Below, in pieces: positions 11,001-15,485 of a DNA stretch of 15,485 bases. The position numbers and the translations under genes are program-made. The notes below the pieces were generated by a model. It worked only from the letters and a program-made list of their open reading frames with translations, ran no database searches and was not told where the DNA came from. Origin of the DNA: Tubiluchus corallicola (lineage: Eukaryota > Animalia > Priapulida); the NCBI GenBank assembly GCA_030141605.1, contig JAQGDQ010002085.1:1-15485 (forward strand), in the 5' to 3' direction. How positions within the stretch are numbered: position 1 is the first letter of the stretch; each line of letters begins with the position of its first letter.

Positions 11001-11398
11001 CTGCAGACAGCAGGAAATAATAATTCAGTTAACAAGACACAAATCTATAAACTACATGTGACCAGACCCAACATATCAAGGCCAAGTGTCTGCAGTATTT
11101 CACAAAGCCAGGTACCTAAAGTCATCAACCATGAAATCACCTGACAGGTAAGTTGAGGTACCTGCCTGCTGGCATCAGAGTGTCCAGTACATTCAGTTTT
11201 CAAAAATTTCCTTTAGTTGTGGGTCATTAATAACAATCTTGAAATTATAAGTAATTAAGCGACAAAAAAGATCTGTGGAATTCCTGTAGCTAATCTACAT
11301 AAGCACGCCACGTCAGCATGAATTAAGTAGAGGAAAATTTGCACATGTGAACTAAGCTTCAGGAAAAGATGCTTTCAGACTTAACTGAATATTGGTAC

Positions 11399-11937
11399 CA
11401 GCGGCGGATCGTAGCTAAAATTAGGGGGTGTTGCTTCAGAAATATTTTTAGTCATTGTTTTAATGCTGTGTAAAACGTCACAAACACTGCGTGAAAGTGA
11501 GAAAAATTAAGCTGATGTAGTTCACTTTCAGTCACAAAACTAATTTCTTGTGGATGCAAGGCAACCATTATTAAATAATTTATGTTCTAAGCTCACACGC
11601 TAAGTTCACACTTTATCACATCCCAGAAAATGACGGTACGCGGTAAGCACGTGGCAATTGTTACTGTGACAGAGATAGTAATTTTCTACCTAGCAACAGA
11701 CGCTAGCGTACACCGTGTTATCTCAGACATATACGCATGTCCACATGCGCACAACAGCCAAGCACCACGCTATTTGGGCTGTGAATAAATTGTACTTCAT
11801 TCACGTGTTCCGGTTTCGTACAAGTATAAAGAAAGAACTAAAGAAAAAAGACTTATTTTATTGAATATTATCGATAATAATGAGTGAAAACAGGGGGTGC
11901 TGCAGTAGCACAGTACCCTATACACGAGCCGCCACTG
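11399..11937. mobile_element. hAT-superfamily MITE, 539 bp
   Basis: 14-bp TIRs CAGYGGCGGMTCGT (11399-11412, 11924-11937; 12/14); 8-bp TSD ATTGGTAC (11391-11398) / CTTGGTAC (11938-11945); subterminal AGGGGGTGYTGC near both ends. Confidence 0.9.
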
Positions 11938-12077
11938 CTTGGTACGTAATATTACTTTTGCTTTACATGCCTGTTGTTATAAATGAAACCTGTATACCGG
12001 GCTAATCAATAACGTATTTCGTTGCTGTGATTCAGTCACTATGCTGCTGCCACTATCTTTCGAAGGTAGAGCAGAGA

Positions 12078-12128
12078 ATAGACAGACGAACAAACAGACA
12101 GATGGATGGACAGGCGGACAGACGGACG
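12078..12128. repeat. Degenerate (GACA/GACG)n microsatellite
   Basis: agacagacgaacaaacagacagatggatggacaggcggacagacggacg. Confidence 0.8.
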
Positions 12129-12226
12129 TGCAGGCAGAGAAACAAACACGTAATATGAGCATAAATTGTACACAGGCCTACAGGGTTTGTTGGCATATAA
12201 ACCTATAACTAATAACTCGTAATCTG

Positions 12227-12281
12227 ACGCCCACGCCCACGCCCACGCCCACGCACGCACGCACACACACACACACACACA
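12227..12281. repeat. Compound microsatellite (ACGCCC)n-(ACGC)n-(AC)n
   Basis: Directly visible stepwise change from 6-bp to 4-bp to 2-bp period. Confidence 0.95.
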
Positions 12282-12300
12282 TGTACATACCGTGATGTTT

Positions 12301-12938
12301 GGAGGTAGGAGGTAGGTGGGAAAGTAGGTAGGTTGACAGCTAGATGGGTAGGCAGAAAGGTAGGTAGATAGGTAGGTCAGTGGGTAGATAGATAGGTAAG
12401 TAGGAAGATAGCTAGATAGGTAGGTAGGTGGGTAGGTAGGTAAGTAGGAAGGTAGGTAGATAGGCAGGTAGGTGGGTAGGTAGGCAGGTAGGTAGGTAGG
12501 TAGGAAGGTAGGTAGGTAGGTAGGAAGGTAGGTAAGTAGGAACGTGGGTAGATAGGCAGGTAGGTAGGTAGGTAGGCAGGTAGGTAGGTATGTAGGTAGG
12601 TAGGTAAATAGGTACATAGGTAGGTATGTAGATAGGTAGGTAGGTAGGAAGGTAGGTAGGTAGGTAGGTAAGTAGGTAGATAGGTAGATAGGTAGGTAGG
12701 TAGGTAGGTAGGAAGGTAGGTAAGTAGGTAGATAGGTAGGTAGGTAGATAGGTAGGTAGGTAAATAGGCAGGTCTGTAAGGTAGGTAGGTAAGTAGGTAG
12801 ATAGGTAGGTAGGTAGATAGGTAGGTAGGTAGGTAGATAGGTAGATAGGTAGGTAGGTAGATAGGTAGGTAGGTAGGTAGGTAGGTAGGTAGGTAGGTAA
12901 ATAGGCAGGTCTGTAAGGTAGGTAGGTAAGTAAGGAGG
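12301..12938. repeat. Long degenerate (GGTA)n / (GATA)n microsatellite
   Basis: Directly visible; includes a 137-bp period duplication marked by TAAATAGGCAGGTCTGTAAGG at 12761 and 12898. It accounts for ORF 12039..12617. Confidence 0.97.
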
Positions 12939-13212
12939 TTATTTAAATAAGCTGGCAGACAGGTTATTTAAATCAGCCAGCAGGTTATTTAAATCAGTAG
13001 GCAGGTAGGCAGACAGGTTGACATTTAAGCAGACAAGCAAGCTAACGACAGGCAAGCAGATATGTAAACGGATGGAGAAACAAGCAAGTTAATAACTTCG
13101 TACAGAGTACGCGTAAAGGAAGAACAAAAACTAGTGTTACTTTCTGCAGATAAATTACCAATCCTTGTATATATTTTATATTATATTACAATGCGTTGTT
13201 TCTACTATACAA

Positions 13213-13462
13213 GACTCCACGATGGCTTCGTACCGTTACCACCCCAGACTTAGTTCACTAATGACTCCACGATGGCTTCGTACCGTTACCACCATAGACT
13301 TACTTCACTAATGACTCCACGATGGCTTCCTACGGTTACCACCACAGACTTACTTCACTAATGACTCCGCGGTGGCTTCGTACCATTACCACCGCAGACT
13401 TACTTCACTAATGACTCCACAATGGCTTCGTACCGTTACCACCGCAGACTTACTTCACTAAT
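13213..13462 (+). repeat. 50-bp tandem array, 5 copies (inner domain of left arm)
   Basis: Unit GACTCCACGATGGCTTCGTACCGTTACCACCATAGACTTACTTCACTAAT at 13213, 13263, 13313, 13363 and 13413. Confidence 0.97.
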
Positions 13463-13572
13463 GAACATCAAATAAACTGATCACAATTATATTGTCCCGC
13501 CAATATGTTTGCCTCAGACTAGAAGCTAATTATAAACCTACGCGCATGATGAGTGAAGAGACAACAGGAAAT

Positions 13573-13792
13573 GAAGCCATTGTGGAGTCATTAGTGAAGT
13601 AAGTCTGCGGGTGGTAACGGTACGAAGCCATTGTGGAGTCATTAGTGAAGTAAGTCTACGGGTGGTAACGGTACGAAGCCATCGTGGAGTCATTAGTGAA
13701 GTAAGTCTATGGTGGTAACGGTACGAAGCCATCGTGGAGTCATTAGTGAAGTAAGTCTACAGTGGTAACGGTACGAAGCCATCGTGGAAGTC
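13573..13792 (-). repeat. 50/51-bp tandem array, 4.3 copies (inner domain of right arm)
   Basis: ATTAGTGAAGTAAGTC at 13590, 13641, 13692 and 13742; reverse complement of the left array. Confidence 0.97.
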
Positions 13793-13859
13793 TTATTACT
13801 GTAGAAACAACGCATTGTAATATAATATAAAATATATACAAGTTGGTAATTTATCTGCA

Positions 13860-14410
13860 GAAAGAAGTTTTGCCACGAGTCATAAATTCTGCAATAATTT
13901 GTCTGAGTTTTTCGTGTTTTTGTTCTTATTTTCATGAAAAGTTTCACTTGAACACCTTAAAGTAAATAATCCGATCAATAAAAGCCGAAGCACGTGTATT
14001 CATCCGCCACGACTCATTTTTCAGAGAAGATTGAGTCATTACGTCCCGCCATTTCCTTCTACAAAAATGAGACCAAATTCAATAAGGTTTCAGAAGAAAG
14101 AATTTCACTGGCTTTCCCTCTTAGCCAGCTAGTTTACATGACATTTCCATATTCTAGATGAAATTATGTGTAACCCAGGCAAGGCATACACTTGCACATC
14201 TCTGCTTCTCTCTGCATTGCTTGCAGGACTTTTCAAAATTTATGAGAAAAGCAACAAAACGCCAAAGGCCGTCTGCCGGAAATAATTATTCTTTAGAAAC
14301 GAAATCTGCAATGGTGAATAGTGGTGAATCAGACGTATGGAAAGCTGTCCTCTTACTCATTTATTGGAACATTTTGTACGTCGAAGAGCAATAAACTCGT
14401 TAACGCCGAG
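13860..14410 (-). repeat. 551-bp non-tandem module of right arm
   Basis: Reverse complement of 9352-9902. Confidence 0.97.
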
Positions 14411-15308
14411 TTAATATTGCAAATTAATGATTTAATGATTTTGAACCACTAGAATCTGAACGAATTATAATCACGACAATTAATATTGCAAATTAATGAT
14501 TTAATGATTTTGAGTCACTAGAATCTGAAAGAATTATAATCACGATAATTAATATTGCAAATTAATGATTTAATGATTTTGAATCACTAGAATCTGAACG
14601 AATTACCATCAGGAAAATTAATATTGCAAATTAATGATTTAATGATTTTGAATCAGTAGAATTTGAACGAATTATAATCACGACAATTAATATTGCAAAT
14701 TAATGATTTAATGATTTTGAGCCACTAGAATCTGAACGAATTATAACCAAGACAATTAATATTGCAAATTAATGATTTAATGATTTTGAGCAACTAGATT
14801 CTGAACGAATTATAATCACGACAATTAATATTGCAAATTAATGATTTAATGATTTTGAATCACTAGAATCTGAACGAATTACCATCAGGAAAATTAATAT
14901 TGCAAATTAATGATTTAATGATTTTGAATCAGTAGAATTTGAACGAATTATAATCACGACAATTAATATTGCAAATTGATGATTTAGTGATTTTGAGCCA
15001 CTAGAATCTGAAAGAATTATAATCACGACAATTAATATTGCAAATGAATGATTTAATGATTTTGAGTCACTAAAATCTCAACGAAGTATAATCACGACAA
15101 TTAATATTGCAAATTAATGATTTAAAGATTTTGAGCCACTAGAATCCGAACGAATTATAATCACGACAATTAATATTGAAAATTAATGATTTAACGATTT
15201 TGAATCACTAGAATCTGAACGAATTATAATCACGACAATTAGTATTGCAAATTAATGATTTAACGATTTTGAGCCACTAGAATCTGAACAAATTACAATC
15301 ACGACAAT
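14411..15308 (-). repeat. 69-bp minisatellite, 13 copies (outer domain of right arm)
   Basis: Reverse complement of the 7777-9351 unit; 898 bp / 69 = 13. Confidence 0.98.
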
Positions 15309-15485
15309 AGCAATACGTAACTACTTCAAGTGTACTTCGTTCAGTTACGTATTACTATGAAGCTAAATCTGCAATAAATTGCACCAAAATAGAAAATAAT
15401 CCTTGGCTGTACAATTGAATATGTACCAATATCTGCTATACAAACTTTACCACTTCAAAATAACGAAAACTTTAAAGGAAGACCG

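Larger units (their letters stand above)
9903..13139. other. 3.24-kb insert splitting the left arm
   Basis: The right arm reads continuously ...AAAACTTCTTTC-TGCAGATAAATTACC. The left arm stops at 9902 and resumes at 13145, with CTTTC at both 9898-9902 and 13140-13144. Confidence 0.8.
7777..15308. mobile_element. Large modular inverted-repeat (foldback-like) structure
   Basis: Left arm 7777-9902 plus 13145-13462 is the reverse complement of right arm 13573-15308; spacer 13463-13572. No terminal TSD or transposase seen, so mobility is not shown. Confidence 0.6.

Noticed and set aside
12039-12617. 192-aa YLPT-repeat ORF
   Set aside because: Translation of (TACC)n and (TG)n.
13213-13792. CRISPR-like reading of the 50-bp arrays (and of the 69-bp and 74-bp arrays)
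   Set aside because: Units are head-to-tail with no unique spacers, there are no cas genes, and the context is eukaryotic.

Overview
AT-rich eukaryotic (most likely invertebrate animal) genomic DNA with no intact protein-coding gene I can support; it is a nested transposon graveyard. Left half: GA/TC microsatellites, a pogo/Tigger-type MITE keeping the transposase C-terminal PIP box, two inverted 5'-truncated copies of one CR1-like LINE (each with a target-site duplication and a variable 74-bp tandem array in the 3' UTR), another LINE-like 3' end with a (CTTA)n tail, a decayed Penelope-like reverse transcriptase interrupted by a TTAA-targeting (Kolobok-like) element, and a second near-complete copy of that element. 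Right half (7777-15308): a large modular foldback. Each arm is 69-bp array + 551-bp unique module + ~68-bp linker + 50-bp array, and the arms meet at a ~110-bp spacer. The left arm is split by a 3.2-kb insert flanked by CTTTC repeats that carries a hAT MITE, microsatellites and a candidate exon/intron. Family names come from remembered motifs, not database searches.
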